64,000 nt of DNA from the NCBI GenBank assembly GCA_963663805.2, contig CAXXMR010000003.1, forward strand, positions 128,001 to 192,000, in the 5' to 3' direction. Positions within the stretch are counted from its first letter, which is position 1. The number at the start of each line of letters is the position of its first letter. Below are positions 19,585-30,798 of this stretch, one piece after another. The notes under the pieces are model-generated. The model worked only from the letters and a program-made list of their open reading frames with translations, ran no database searches and was not told the DNA's origin. The stretch is from Sedimentisphaerales bacterium. Lineage in GTDB: Bacteria > Planctomycetota > Phycisphaerae > Sedimentisphaerales > SM23-30. Position numbers and translations under genes: made by a program.

Positions 19585-20310
19585 TCAACTTTCCCGGGCG
19601 AAGCTCTGGTTGAGCCCCGCGGCAACAGCCCCGGCAAAAGCCGGCCAGGTGAAATCCAGCACCGCCGGCAGGTTATAGCGATTCTTGGCCAGGGACCGGG
19701 GTGTCTCCTGGGTAATCAGTTGACGGTGGCCTTCGGCATCCAGACGCACCATGCACACGAAATCCGACCATTCCACCATGACATTGAGATAACCTTCGGG
19801 TACCTCCGGGGTGCTTTTTTCGATGGTGATGCCATCGATATCGGTGATCTCGGTGCGCTTGGCATGGGCCAGGAGAATGACGGCGATACCGCGATTGATG
19901 ATGCGGTCCAGCTGCGGCAGCAGGATCTGGTACACATAGTTTTTGAGCACCTGCTTGCCGTTGCCGTAACCGCCGTGCGAACGATTCAGGGTGGAATCGA
20001 TCTTGCCCTGACAGCCCGAGACATGCTCTTCAATCCGCCGCAACAGCCAGTCGAGGGTATCGATGGCGATTACCTTATAGGGATGATCCGCCTGTTCGAT
20101 GGCCAGCAGCCACTGCTGAATTTCCGGCCAGGTGCCCAGATACGGAGTGCGACTGCACTTAATGGCGCCCGCGCCGTTCTCGCAGTCGATGATCAGGGAA
20201 TCGGGAGCAGAAGCCCCGAAGGTACTCTTGCCTGACCCGGGAGGTCCGTAGATTATGCCCTTGGGGGCTGACGGGGTGGGATCGGTGATAATACTGTTCA
20301 GTAAAGTCAT
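19585..20310 (-). CDS. AAA_24 / Sak4-like ATPase
   Basis: YGPPGSGKST, IDCENG, IDTLDWL, GYGNG, LAH, AKNRY. Confidence 0.88.
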   Translation of the reverse strand: MTLLNSIITDPTPSAPKGIIYGPPGSGKSTFGASAPDSLIIDCENGAGAIKCSRTPYLGTWPEIQQWLLAIEQADHPYKVIAIDTLDWLLRRIEEHVSGCQGKIDSTLNRSHGGYGNGKQVLKNYVYQILLPQLDRIINRGIAVILLAHAKRTEITDIDGITIEKSTPEVPEGYLNVMVEWSDFVCMVRLDAEGHRQLITQETPRSLAKNRYNLPAVLDFTWPAFAGAVAAGLNQSFARES

Positions 20311-20334
20311 CTAATAAATCTCCTGAAAAAGGGG

Positions 20335-21180
20335 TTAAAGGGTGTCAAAAACACGAATCTGTTCATAACCGGTGGGCCAGGTCTGGTTTTTCTGGCAGTA
20401 TTTCAGGCGTTCGATGGCCTCGAGGTTCTCGGCCTCGGCGAAGTCCAGGGCCGATTCGGCGGCCTTCCAGACACCCGCCCGGTAAGGTTCCTTCTTCTCG
20501 ACGGCGATGAAATGGACGGGATAGTTTCCCCCGGCCACTTCCCGCAAGACTGCGCGATAAAAGGCCATTTGATGCAGGTAACCAAAACGCCGGGCATCGG
20601 CTTCGAACCAGGTCAAATCATCACATCTCTTCAGATCGATGATCCCGTAGACCGGCTGGAAATAGTCCGGCCGGATCTGGCAGGGCAAACCACCGTAATC
20701 GGCCCGGCAGACACCTTCGGCGACACCATCCATAATTAAGTCTGAGGCCTTGGGGTGCATTAACACCGCCTGCTCCATCAGTTCCAGCTTGAGGGACTCC
20801 TCGGTGGTAATGACGGCCTTACCGATTCCCGCGGCCCACTCGGCAAAGGCCTTGGTACTGGTCCCGTAAGGCTTGCCGGTGCTGGGATTGATCGGCCCGC
20901 CGACGACGTAATCCTGCTCGAAGACAGCCTGGCCCTCGAGAATGAGCGTATGTGCCGCCCGACCGAGGGCATAGGCCGGGGAATCGTTATCTTTGATCAG
21001 GCCGGAATGTTTCTTCCAGTAGAGATAGGGACACTTGCGAAAGTCCGCCAACTGATGGCTGCTCAGGAATTTATTGGCCTGGGCGTGATAATATTCCGCC
21101 GATTCACATACAAAAATATTCAGATCATAATCCATATCCATAACTTTGATTCCTGTTGGTTGGTGGTTGTTAAACTTCAA
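20335..21180 (-). CDS. RecE/DUF3799-like PD-(D/E)XK exonuclease
   Basis: YHA...LSS..L, GRAAH..ILE, CQIRPD, IIDLK, Y..Q.AFY, AVEK..PY. Confidence 0.85.
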   Translation of the reverse strand: MKFNNHQPTGIKVMDMDYDLNIFVCESAEYYHAQANKFLSSHQLADFRKCPYLYWKKHSGLIKDNDSPAYALGRAAHTLILEGQAVFEQDYVVGGPINPSTGKPYGTSTKAFAEWAAGIGKAVITTEESLKLELMEQAVLMHPKASDLIMDGVAEGVCRADYGGLPCQIRPDYFQPVYGIIDLKRCDDLTWFEADARRFGYLHQMAFYRAVLREVAGGNYPVHFIAVEKKEPYRAGVWKAAESALDFAEAENLEAIERLKYCQKNQTWPTGYEQIRVFDTL

Positions 21181-21227
21181 CTTTTCGGGCCCGCTGATAT
21201 ATACATAACCAAGACGGCCAAAATCTG

Positions 21228-21830
21228 TTACCGATCTGGAAAAAAATATTCATCGAGCCCTTTAATCTTCAAAGCCAGACGCAGCCGGGCGAGCTGATAG
21301 CAATATAAAGTACTGCGGGAAATCTGCAGTTGGGCAGCCGCTTGCTCGAAGGACTGGAACTTTAACAGCTCGGCAACTCGACGCAGATCTGCGGGCAGAT
21401 CCGCCAGGGCCAGATTGAGATCAACCCGCAAATCTTGGAGCTGCACTTCCGAGCGTCGCGACACACCCCGATGGCGGTCTAAATCATTCTGTTTGATAGT
21501 ATTAACCCGAAGAGCGCCTTCCTCTGGGGCGTGAGGAACTTCTTCGTGGAGTGAGCCGCCCTCCTGCCGGTAATCGCGTTTTTTTATTTTGGGATAACGC
21601 AGCAGCTTGCAGATTTGGCCCTCCACGACTCGGATCATATAGGTGTTATAGCTCGCCCGAGCCGGATCGTATTTGGGTAATGACTGCCATAACGCGAGGA
21701 TGAGCTCCTGCTTGATATCCTCCAGGTCATCGGCGGTAAAGCCGGGTTTATCCAGCAGCTGATGGGCCTTAAAATCGATGTGTTTAAGAATGTAGTCATT
21801 GAGTTCACACTTCTGCGAGGAAGCTTTCAT
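21228..21830 (-). CDS. ECF-like sigma-70 factor
   Basis: DLEDIKQEL.L.LW..L.KYDP.R (region 2) and a C-terminal HTH AAAQLQISRSTL; AGGAG RBS. Confidence 0.8.
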   Translation of the reverse strand: MKASSQKCELNDYILKHIDFKAHQLLDKPGFTADDLEDIKQELILALWQSLPKYDPARASYNTYMIRVVEGQICKLLRYPKIKKRDYRQEGGSLHEEVPHAPEEGALRVNTIKQNDLDRHRGVSRRSEVQLQDLRVDLNLALADLPADLRRVAELLKFQSFEQAAAQLQISRSTLYCYQLARLRLALKIKGLDEYFFPDR

Positions 21831-21890
21831 AGTCAGGCTCTCCTGGTTGGTGACCAGGAGGCGCCGGGAACAGCAGAACAGCGGATGTAC

Positions 21891-21950
21891 AAAAAGCGGA
21901 GGCAATCGGACATAGACCATCTGGTCTGTGTTCCCGATCACCTCCGCTTT
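21891..21950 (-). terminator. Long hairpin with U-tract in the sigma gene leader
   Basis: AAAGCGGAGGTGATCGG...CCGATTGCCTCCGCTTTTT. Confidence 0.6.
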
Positions 21951-22022
21951 GCGGTCAGTTAATCGGCTAACAAAGAAAAAACTGAACAAACATTTCATAC
22001 AGGGTTCACCAGCCCCGAAATT

Positions 22023-22373
22023 TTATCTGGTGCCAAGTTCCTCCTTTCCGGTGCGAATCGGACTCTGGATAATGTCCACGGCGAACGGCAGGCCGTGTTT
22101 GACTTCCAGGCTGAGGATCAGCCCCTCAGAAGTTTCATCCAGGGTCTGGAACAATTCCCGCACCTGTTTTTTCAGTTCGAAGTCAGCGCTAAAAGTTTGC
22201 GGCGGATTCGCGCTGCCGAACTTGACGGTGCGAATCAGACGGCACCCGGCATCCCAGACCGGCTCGCCTCGGATGACGGCGAGATTTTCGATCCGGCCGA
22301 ACTGCAGATCCTGCAATTGCCGCAGCAGCAGCTGTCGAGCGGGGCTAAGAAATGATATTTTTCGCGTCTCCAT
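22023..22373 (-). CDS. Hypothetical protein, first gene of the leftward operon
   Basis: AAGGAG RBS; 116 aa. Confidence 0.7.
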   Translation of the reverse strand: METRKISFLSPARQLLLRQLQDLQFGRIENLAVIRGEPVWDAGCRLIRTVKFGSANPPQTFSADFELKKQVRELFQTLDETSEGLILSLEVKHGLPFAVDIIQSPIRTGKEELGTR

Positions 22374-22734
22374 ACGCTAACTCCTTGTCCGTAAAAATAT
22401 TCCACCGGCCAGCAGCTTTATCCCCCAACCTCAGGCCCCTGAGCCCGGATTATTAAAGCCCTCACCCCTTACTGGCGAAATTTCACCGGAGGGCCGAAAT
22501 TTCACCGAAAAAAATGGCTCGGATTTTGATAAGTTAAGGATTTTAAGAGACTTAAAATTTTGAGATTTTTTTATTTTTTTTCGATTTTGCCGAAATGAAA
22601 ATTCGCTAGTGAATTTTCACCGTGAAATTTGGTACAGCAAAAAAATCTGAGAAATATGTATTTGACCACTATGCGAAAATGGTTATACTTAAAATCATAA
22701 ACCCAAACTTTGTCCCTGATTTTGAAGGTGAATC

Positions 22735-23058
22735 ATGCCCTGCGATAAAATCACAGGCATTATGAAAAAACCATCGGACCCCCGAGAGGAAATCTGCCTT
22801 TATAGCGATCTCAAGGGCTACCCGCCTACCATTCGGGAGCGGGCCGCTAAATTCAAAATCAGCTCCTCCAGTAGGCCTGGCCGGATCAATATCAGGCGTC
22901 GGCCCCTGGAGGAAAACGGTGACATTGCCTTATTAAAATATGAATCCCCGGTCAAACGCCTCAAATTTGCGGATAACCATATCAGACTGAATCCGGAAAA
23001 CCCGGATATGAAACCGATCACCAGCCAGCCCCACGATAATCGATGGATTCGAGGTTAG
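22735..23058 (+). pseudogene. Internally deleted LexA/CI-like repressor remnant
   Basis: GYPPTIRE (LexA N-terminal domain) joined to NGDI...VKRL...IRLNPENPDMKPI (S24 C-terminal part); catalytic Ser and Ala-Gly region not seen. TTGACC-16-TATACT upstream. Confidence 0.6.
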
Positions 23059-23131
23059 GTGGCAGGCGATGATAAGATAGAATAGCGCGAAGTTTTTTAC
23101 CTGGGCGGCACCGACCTCGGCCTCGCAAGGC

Positions 23132-23854
23132 ATGTCAAACCGAAGCCTTTATTGTTTAGCAACGGGAAGATTCCCTGCCTTGAAGGAGGAGATGATGACG
23201 GCGACCTTGACCAAAAACCAGGTGAGAAAAGATGATTCGGAAAGCTTCAACTGGAACTTGCGTTTCAAAACTGCGCTGCGGCGGTATGAAAAGATTGACG
23301 GGGTCTGCCCGGAACTCTTCGCGGCCCTGATCGAAATGATCAGTGAGTGGGCCGGGCTTTTGCCTCAGTCCCCGCAGAAAGACGGTAAATATATACCGGC
23401 CAACAACCGGGTACTGGATGCCGAAGAAACGGAGATTTACGCCATCTTCGATTACCTGAACCTGCAGGGCCGGAAGGACGTGGCCGACGGGCTCGGCAAG
23501 AAATTCCAGAAGCTGCGCCAGACGGCCGAGAACCTGGATCAACTCTATAAACATGTGCAATTTGATGAACTGGTGGAAAAACGGCTCACCGAACACGGCA
23601 AACGTCAGGCAGCGCAATTGTGCAACTACCTTAAAGAGCTGCGAAAAATCTTGTTTGTCGAGGCGCCGGGGAAGCCGGAAGAAAAAACTGTCGCGGCAGT
23701 ATGCCGGGCCGTGGAGCATTTCCCGACACCGTCACACATTGACTGGCCCCAGATTGCCATCCGGTTCACGGACGGCCACAACATCTCGGTCCGGGCCGGG
23801 AAAATCCGCCGTAGTTATCATTATAGTCAATTGGGTATGATCAGCAGACGCTGA
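23132..23854 (+). CDS. Hypothetical protein, possibly C-terminally truncated
   Basis: AAGGAGG before the ATG at ~23192; long ORF. Confidence 0.55.
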   Translation: MSNRSLYCLATGRFPALKEEMMTATLTKNQVRKDDSESFNWNLRFKTALRRYEKIDGVCPELFAALIEMISEWAGLLPQSPQKDGKYIPANNRVLDAEETEIYAIFDYLNLQGRKDVADGLGKKFQKLRQTAENLDQLYKHVQFDELVEKRLTEHGKRQAAQLCNYLKELRKILFVEAPGKPEEKTVAAVCRAVEHFPTPSHIDWPQIAIRFTDGHNISVRAGKIRRSYHYSQLGMISRR

Positions 23855-24026
23855 CACCTTGACCGTTTTTGCAGCTTTTTCTCCATATTTGAAGCTTTTT
23901 CCCCTGCCGGACACCAAATCCGCCCCTTGACATCCCTGGACTGCCCGGTTAATATTAGGACATTCTTCCGGCCATTGTTTTTCTGGGGCCGGGGGTGGTG
24001 TATTTTGGGAAAGGATAAAAGCTCCT

Positions 24027-25568
24027 ATGGCAAAAAAGAAAACCCGCAATAATCCCCCATTAAAAGAAGAACCCATCGAAAAGCAGCTCTGGAAGGCGGC
24101 GGATAAACTTCGCAAGAACATAGACGCCGCAGAATATAAACATATTGTCCTGGGCCTGATTTTCCTGAAATACATTTCCGACGCCTTTGAGGAACTCCAC
24201 TCGAAGCTACTGGCAGGTGAAGGCGAATGTGAAGGAGCAGACCCCGAGGATAAGGATGAATACAAGGCCGAAAATGTCTTTTTCGTACCACCGTCGGCTC
24301 GCTGGAGCTTTCTGCGCAGTCATGCCAAGCAGCCGACCATCGGCAAGACCGTTGACGAAGCCATGGACGCCATCGAGAGGGAAAACGCTTCGTTACGTGA
24401 CGTTCTGCCTAAGGTATTTGCCCGCGGCAATCTTGACCCCGCGAATCTGGGCGGGCTGATCGATCTGATAGGCAATATCGCTCTGGGCCAGGCCAAGGCC
24501 CGCAGTGCAGATGTACTGGGCCATGTATTTGAATACTTCCTGGGTGAGTTCGCCCTGGCCGAAGGGAAAAAGGGCGGCCAGTTTTACACACCGCGAAGTG
24601 TCGTTGAATTACTGGTAGAAATGCTCGAGCCCACCAAAGGCCGGGTTTTTGACCCCTGTTGCGGTTCCGGCGGCATGTTCGTCCAATCGGAAAAATTCGT
24701 CGAAAACCACCAGGGCCGAGTAAACGATATATCCATATACGGCCAGGAATCAAACCAGACCACCTGGCGACTGGCGAAGATGAACCTTGCCATTCGCGGT
24801 ATCGACAGTTCTCAGGTAAAATGGAATAATGAAGGTTCATTCCTGAACGATGCCCACAAGGACCTCAAAGCCGATTTCGTAATCGCCAATCCGCCGTTCA
24901 ATGACAGCGACTGGTCCGGCGAACTGCTGCGTAAAGACGGCCGCTGGAAATATGGCACACCGCCGACCGGAAATGCCAATTATGCCTGGATACAGCATTT
25001 CGTATATCATCTCAGCCCCAAAGGCCGGGCTGGGTTTGTTCTTGCTAAGGGTGCTCTCACATCCAAAACATCCGGCGAAGGTGATATACGCCAGACGCTA
25101 ATTGATGCCGATATGGTCGATTGTATAGTCAATCTGCCTGCCAAACTGTTTTTGAATACCCAGATCCCCGCTAGTTTATGGTTCTTTAACAGAAAAAAGA
25201 CCAGACCCGGCGAAATACTCTTTATCGACGCTCGTAATATGGGCCACCTGATAAATCGTCGCACCCGGGAACTCTCCGCCGACGATATTACCCAAATCTC
25301 CCAAACTTATCACAACTGGCGCTCGGAAGATGACGGCTATGAAGATGTCAAAGGTTTTTGTGTGTCAGCAACGGTCGAACGGGTCAAGGAACTGGATTAT
25401 GTCCTTACCCCCGGCCGCTACGTCGGCTTGCCGGACGAGGAAGATAATTTCGATTTCAAGGAACGATTCGCCAGTCTTAAAGCAGAATTCGAAGAGCAAA
25501 TCAAAGAAGAAGCAAAGCTAAACAGTCTTATTAAGAAGAATCTAGCAAAGGTGAAAGTTGATGGCTAA
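24027..25568 (+). CDS. hsdM: Type I R-M methyltransferase
   Basis: [28 protein letters not shown]. Confidence 0.97.
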   Translation: MAKKKTRNNPPLKEEPIEKQLWKAADKLRKNIDAAEYKHIVLGLIFLKYISDAFEELHSKLLAGEGECEGADPEDKDEYKAENVFFVPPSARWSFLRSHAKQPTIGKTVDEAMDAIERENASLRDVLPKVFARGNLDPANLGGLIDLIGNIALGQAKARSADVLGHVFEYFLGEFALAEGKKGGQFYTPRSVVELLVEMLEPTKGRVFDPCCGSGGMFVQSEKFVENHQGRVNDISIYGQESNQTTWRLAKMNLAIRGIDSSQVKWNNEGSFLNDAHKDLKADFVIANPPFNDSDWSGELLRKDGRWKYGTPPTGNANYAWIQHFVYHLSPKGRAGFVLAKGALTSKTSGEGDIRQTLIDADMVDCIVNLPAKLFLNTQIPASLWFFNRKKTRPGEILFIDARNMGHLINRRTRELSADDITQISQTYHNWRSEDDGYEDVKGFCVSATVERVKELDYVLTPGRYVGLPDEEDNFDFKERFASLKAEFEEQIKEEAKLNSLIKKNLAKVKVDG

Positions 25569-26400
25569 GAAAAATACACAATTAAGCGTTAAGGGGACCG
25601 AAATCAGGGTTTTTACCGGCAATAAACAAGATTATCTTTCTCTGACGGATATAGCCAGATACAAAAAAGCTGACCGTACCGACGATTTGATACGAAACTG
25701 GATACGCAATCGAAACACCATTGAGTTTATAGGTATTTGGGAGCAGCTAAATAATCCGGATTTTAACCCCGTCGAATTCGACGGGTTTAGAAAAGAAGCG
25801 GGTTTAAATAGTTTCACACTTACTCCCAAGCAGTGGATAGAAAAGACCAATGCTATAGGCATTGTTTCCAAAGCCGGTCGTTACGGCGGGACTTATGCTC
25901 ATAAAGATATTGCTTTTGAGTTTGCAACCTGGATTTCCGTGGAGTTCAAAATCTATCTTATCACGGAATTTCAACGGCTAAAGGACCAGGAGCAAAAACA
26001 ACTGGGCTGGGACATTCGCCGAAATCTCACCAAGATAAACTATCGTATCCATACCGACGCTATCAAGGAAAACCTTATCCCCGCTACCTTGAACAAACAG
26101 CAAATCAGTCAAGTTTATGCTTCTGAAGCAGACATTCTCAATATGGCCCTGTTTGGCAAGACCGCCGGGCAATGGCGACAGGATAATCCTGACGAAACTG
26201 GTAATATCCGGGATTTTGCCAATGCCTCGCAACTGGTCTGTCTGGCCAATATGGAGAACCTCAACGCCGTATTTATCAATGATGGCTTTTCCCAGTCAGA
26301 ACGGTTGACTCGCCTGAACCAGATCGCTATCCAGCAGATGAAAATTTTACTGGCCGATAAAACAACCAGAATGCTGGAGGAACAAGATGATGACAAATGA
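25561..26400 (+). CDS. KilA-N domain protein
   Basis: [38 protein letters not shown]. Confidence 0.88.
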   Translation: MAKKNTQLSVKGTEIRVFTGNKQDYLSLTDIARYKKADRTDDLIRNWIRNRNTIEFIGIWEQLNNPDFNPVEFDGFRKEAGLNSFTLTPKQWIEKTNAIGIVSKAGRYGGTYAHKDIAFEFATWISVEFKIYLITEFQRLKDQEQKQLGWDIRRNLTKINYRIHTDAIKENLIPATLNKQQISQVYASEADILNMALFGKTAGQWRQDNPDETGNIRDFANASQLVCLANMENLNAVFINDGFSQSERLTRLNQIAIQQMKILLADKTTRMLEEQDDDK

Positions 26401-26647
26401 CAAAGAAGAAAAATTCTGGTTTACAGTCGGCCAACTAGCGGAAATCCTAAAGGAAATGCCCCAGGATTTACCCGTAGTTGTCAGCGGCTATGAAAGCGGC
26501 TATGAGAATTTCTTTCAGCCGTATATTGTCGAACTGACACACGACCCCGACAGCGACTATTACGACGGAGAATTCCAATACGCCGAAAAGAGCGACAAAA
26601 ATACCTTCAAAGCAGTTGTCCTGAAAAGGGTGGTGAGGGATGACTGA
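26387..26647 (+). CDS. Small acidic hypothetical protein
   Basis: Overlaps both neighbours; TV.QL...L..MP.DLPV...GYE.G. Confidence 0.65.
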   Translation: MMTNDKEEKFWFTVGQLAEILKEMPQDLPVVVSGYESGYENFFQPYIVELTHDPDSDYYDGEFQYAEKSDKNTFKAVVLKRVVRDD

Positions 26648-27734
26648 GTGGAAAGAAACTCGGCTGGGAGAGATTGCAGTAATAGTAATGGGACAGTCTC
26701 CTAAAGGAGAAACTTGTAATGCCAATGGCAAGGGCGTCCCGCTACTGAACGGTCCAACGGAGTTTGGTCTCAAATACCCATTTCCTATCCAGTTCACGAA
26801 TGACGCGAGAAGGATGTGTAAAGAGAATGATATTTTATTTTGCGTGAGAGGATCAACTACAGGAAGGATGAATTGGGCAAATCGCAATTATGCTATTGGA
26901 AGGGGTCTGGCGGCAATATCTCACAAAAAAGGCAGTGATTATAGGCATTACATTAAAGGTGTCATTGATTACAATTTGCCATATTTACTGTCTAGTGCTA
27001 CCGGTTCAACGTTTCCAAATGTGTCACGAAGCGATTTAGAAAACCTTAAAATCGCTGCTCCTCCTCTCCCCGAACAAAAAGCAATTGCATCAGTCCTTTC
27101 GAGTCTGGACGACAAAATAGACCTGCTGCACCGCCAGAACAAAACCCTCGAAGCAATGGCCGAAACACTCTTCAGACAGTGGTTTATTGAAGAAGCAGGA
27201 GAGGAGTGGGAGGAAGGAACAATAGAGAATATATTTATACTTCAAAGAGGCTTTGATTTACCCATTCAAAGCAGAGTGGCTGGGTCCTATCCAATTTTTG
27301 CTGCAAGTGGCCATGGTGGCTATCACAATGAGTCCAAAGTTAAAGCTCCAGGTGTTACAACAGGACGTAGTGGGTTATTGGGAAAGGTGTTCTTTATTTT
27401 GGAAAATTTCTGGCCATTAAATACATCTTTATTTATTAAAGAGTACAGAATTGGCACGCCTTTGTTTTCCTATTTTCTATTAAAAACGATAGACTTAGAT
27501 AGCTTCAATGCCGGTTCGGCTGTTCCAACATTAAATCGAAATCATGTTCATGAACATAAAATACTTATTCCTCCGAAATCTTTGATTCTAGAATTTGAGA
27601 ATATGATGATTCCAAATTTTAAAAAGATACATTTTAATAAAACACAAATCCGCACCCATGAAAAGCTGCGTGACACATTATTACCGAAGTTGATGAGTGG
27701 AGAAGTGAGCGTGGCATTGGAGAATGTCAAATGA
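26640..27734 (+). CDS. hsdS: Type I R-M specificity subunit
   Basis: Two TRDs; PPLPEQKAIA..L..LD.KI spacer; LRDTLLPKLMSG. Confidence 0.95.
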   Translation: MTEWKETRLGEIAVIVMGQSPKGETCNANGKGVPLLNGPTEFGLKYPFPIQFTNDARRMCKENDILFCVRGSTTGRMNWANRNYAIGRGLAAISHKKGSDYRHYIKGVIDYNLPYLLSSATGSTFPNVSRSDLENLKIAAPPLPEQKAIASVLSSLDDKIDLLHRQNKTLEAMAETLFRQWFIEEAGEEWEEGTIENIFILQRGFDLPIQSRVAGSYPIFAASGHGGYHNESKVKAPGVTTGRSGLLGKVFFILENFWPLNTSLFIKEYRIGTPLFSYFLLKTIDLDSFNAGSAVPTLNRNHVHEHKILIPPKSLILEFENMMIPNFKKIHFNKTQIRTHEKLRDTLLPKLMSGEVSVALENVK

Positions 27735-29134
27735 GTACATATCTGAATGAAAAAGCCATAGAACAGCTTAAAAATGGGGAATGGGAATATTTATCTCGAA
27801 GAATAATTGTTAGAAAAAATGATGATTCAATAACAATTGAGGGGCCAGGTGTTGTACAGCAAATTGGTCAAAAGTATTTTCGGATAATAATTTTTTCTGA
27901 CGAGTCAAATAATCAGAACATGAACACCATAATGAAGAACTTACTTGCTTCGAATAATAAAGCTGGTGAAATAATAGCCAATGCAGAGTTTTATGAGTTG
28001 GTTACTTGTGACGAAGGATGGAAAGCTCGCAACTTATGTGCTCCCAACATTGATTGCCCTAATGGTGTTTATGTTTTCATGTCTAATGAAATATACTCCG
28101 AAACAACAAATAATTCGAGGGGGAAAGAAGTTAGTGTCAAATTCACATCTTTTCACGAATACAGTGGGTATCCAACAAACAACACTCTTAGGACTTCAAA
28201 ATATACAGAAAAAGATGGCAAAGGGCAGAGTGGCTCTTATCGATGCGTTGCCGACACAGAGGTGCTTGAATATGATTTGCGTATCATTGCCTTTGATGGA
28301 GAGACAAATTACAGTCTGAAAACAACCGAACGGCTTTGTGATATTAATATTGAGAATCGCGTTATAGAGGCATTAGAGTTCGTTTTGGGCAAACCTTTTG
28401 AGTGGAATATAAAACGCGTTCTTACTCAGGACAAGAAACGTTTGCACATTCGACTTATCGAAAATCGTATTTCGTCGCAAGAAAAAAAGCCATATGCTAT
28501 ATATAAAGTGTGTAAGGATTCAGAGTTTGAGATGTTCTGGAATTTGTACAGCAAATTTCTTGCATACATATTAAAAGACGACACAGAGGGGTTCTCCAAA
28601 ATTGGGGGGATGTTAAGAAATCTGGCATGCCTGCGTTCGTCACGCCATATCTTGTCAGCATATGCCTTGTCGTTATCGGTAGCGATTGAAGAACTTATCT
28701 CTGGATATTTTGTAGAGGAAAGACCTGATGAACAACGGAATACTATAATTAAGAAACTTATTGAGCAGGTTGACGCCTTTTTGAAGGATCAAGCAATTGA
28801 GAGCAAATTAATAGACACTATTAAAAGTCATATCGGAAAACTTAAGAAAAATAGAGAGTATCCTAAGGCTACACTTCAACGCTTGATTGATGAAAAAAAG
28901 CTATTGGAAAGGAGAGTTGATTCGTGGGGATGCATTAGGCATAAGATAGCACACGGCAAACAATTAGAGATTACACAAGATAATATATGTCAAGTAGGAG
29001 ATTTAGAAACATTATTGTTTCGGCTAATCTTTTTGATAATAAATTATAATGGTTTATATAATGATTATGGTGAGTTAGGTTATCCGTTATTGAAAAATGA
29101 AGCCGCATTTTCCTTGAAGGATCAGGCCGATTAG
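27731..29134 (+). CDS. Low-GC protein with a C-terminal HEPN-type RxxxxH motif (ApeA-like)
   Basis: IRHKIAHG near the C-terminus and SVAIEEL upstream; lies between hsdS and hsdR. Confidence 0.6.
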   Translation: MSTYLNEKAIEQLKNGEWEYLSRRIIVRKNDDSITIEGPGVVQQIGQKYFRIIIFSDESNNQNMNTIMKNLLASNNKAGEIIANAEFYELVTCDEGWKARNLCAPNIDCPNGVYVFMSNEIYSETTNNSRGKEVSVKFTSFHEYSGYPTNNTLRTSKYTEKDGKGQSGSYRCVADTEVLEYDLRIIAFDGETNYSLKTTERLCDINIENRVIEALEFVLGKPFEWNIKRVLTQDKKRLHIRLIENRISSQEKKPYAIYKVCKDSEFEMFWNLYSKFLAYILKDDTEGFSKIGGMLRNLACLRSSRHILSAYALSLSVAIEELISGYFVEERPDEQRNTIIKKLIEQVDAFLKDQAIESKLIDTIKSHIGKLKKNREYPKATLQRLIDEKKLLERRVDSWGCIRHKIAHGKQLEITQDNICQVGDLETLLFRLIFLIINYNGLYNDYGELGYPLLKNEAAFSLKDQAD

Positions 29135-30798
29135 AATTAGTTTGCACAATGCCCTCAGAGCATAAATGCGGAATAGAAATCGAACCATGACCAAAATAAC
29201 CGAATCAGACATTGAGAAGTTGGCCACTGAGAAGTTTGAGGAACAGGGGTATAGGTATGTGTATGGCCCGGACATTGCCCCTGACAGCGAAGAACCAGAG
29301 CGTGAATCATTTTCTGAAGTTCTGCTCCTGGACCGCCTGCGGACGGCCATAGACCGTATCAATCCGAAAATTCCCGCTTCCGCCCGCGAAGACGCTTTCA
29401 AGCAGGTCCAGCGACTTGGTTCGCCGGAACTGATAGTAAACAACGAGAACTTTCACCGAATGCTGACTGAGGGGATAACGGTTAAATATCAGGAAAACGG
29501 CCACGAGCGGGGGAACCTGGTATGGCTGATAGATTTTAATGACCCCGAAAATAATGATTTTCTGGCGGTTAATCAGTTCACCATAGTACGGGACCACATA
29601 AACAAGCGCCCCGACCTGATTTTGTTCGTGAACGGTCTGCCTTTGGTGGTAATGGAGCTAAAGAACCCTGCCGATGAAAACGCGACGGTTAAATCCGCCT
29701 ACAAGCAACTGCAAACTTATAAACAGGCCATCCCAAATCTTTTCACTTATAATGCTTTTCTGGTAATTTCCGATGGCCTGGAAGCCCGGGCTGGTTCGCT
29801 CTCGGCAGGTTTAAACCGATTTATGGCCTGGAAAACATCAGATGGCCAAAAGGAAGCATCTCGCCTCATCGGGCAGTTGGAAACCCTAATCAAGGGGATG
29901 CTCAATAAGAAAACGCTACTCGATCTTATCCGGCATTTTATTGTGTTTGAAAAGAGCAAAAAAGAAGATCGGCACACCGGGGTGATCACCATTGAGACGG
30001 TCAAAAAACTAGCGGCCTATCACCAATATTACGCTGTCAATAAAGCTGTGCACAATACGCTCCAAGCCGCCTCCCTGGCCGGCGACCGTAAAGGTGGAGT
30101 CATCTGGCATACCCAGGGTTCTGGCAAAAGCCTGTCGATGGTGTTTTATACCGGCAAGATCGTACTGGCTCTGGATAACCCCACGATTCTGATTATTACC
30201 GACCGTAACGACCTGGACGATCAGTTGTTCGACACCTTCGCTGGTTCCCGGCAGCTCCTGCGCCAAGAACCCATCCAGGCCGAAAACCGCGAAAGTTTAA
30301 AGCAATTGCTAAAAGTTGCTTCCGGTGGGGTGGTCTTTACCACTATCCAGAAATTCCAGCCGGATGAAGGTAGCGTTTACGAAACTCTTTCCGACCGCAA
30401 AAATATTGTAGTCATCGCCGATGAAGCCCACCGAACTCAATATGGCTTCAAGGCTAAAACCAGAAATGAAAAAGATGCCGAGGGCAATATCATCGGCAAA
30501 AAGACCGTTTACGGATTTGCCAAATACCTGCGTGATGCTCTGCCGAACGCTACCTATCTGGGTTTTACCGGTACTCCGATAGAAAGCACCGACATTAATA
30601 CCGCCAGGGTTTTTGGCGATTATGTTGACATCTATGACATCTCCCAGGCGATTGCCGATGGAGCAACCAAGCCAATTTACTACGAAAGCCGCCTGGCAAA
30701 AATCAATCTGAGCGAAGAAGGTAAGAAATTAATAGCTCAATGTGACCTGGAACTGGAAGCTGAGGACCTGGACAAAACCCAAAAAGCCAAAGCTAAAT

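Noticed and set aside
25766..25787. Palindrome CCCGTCGAATTCGACGGG in the KilA-N gene
   Set aside because: Coincides with the coding motif PVEFDG; no independent evidence of a separate function.
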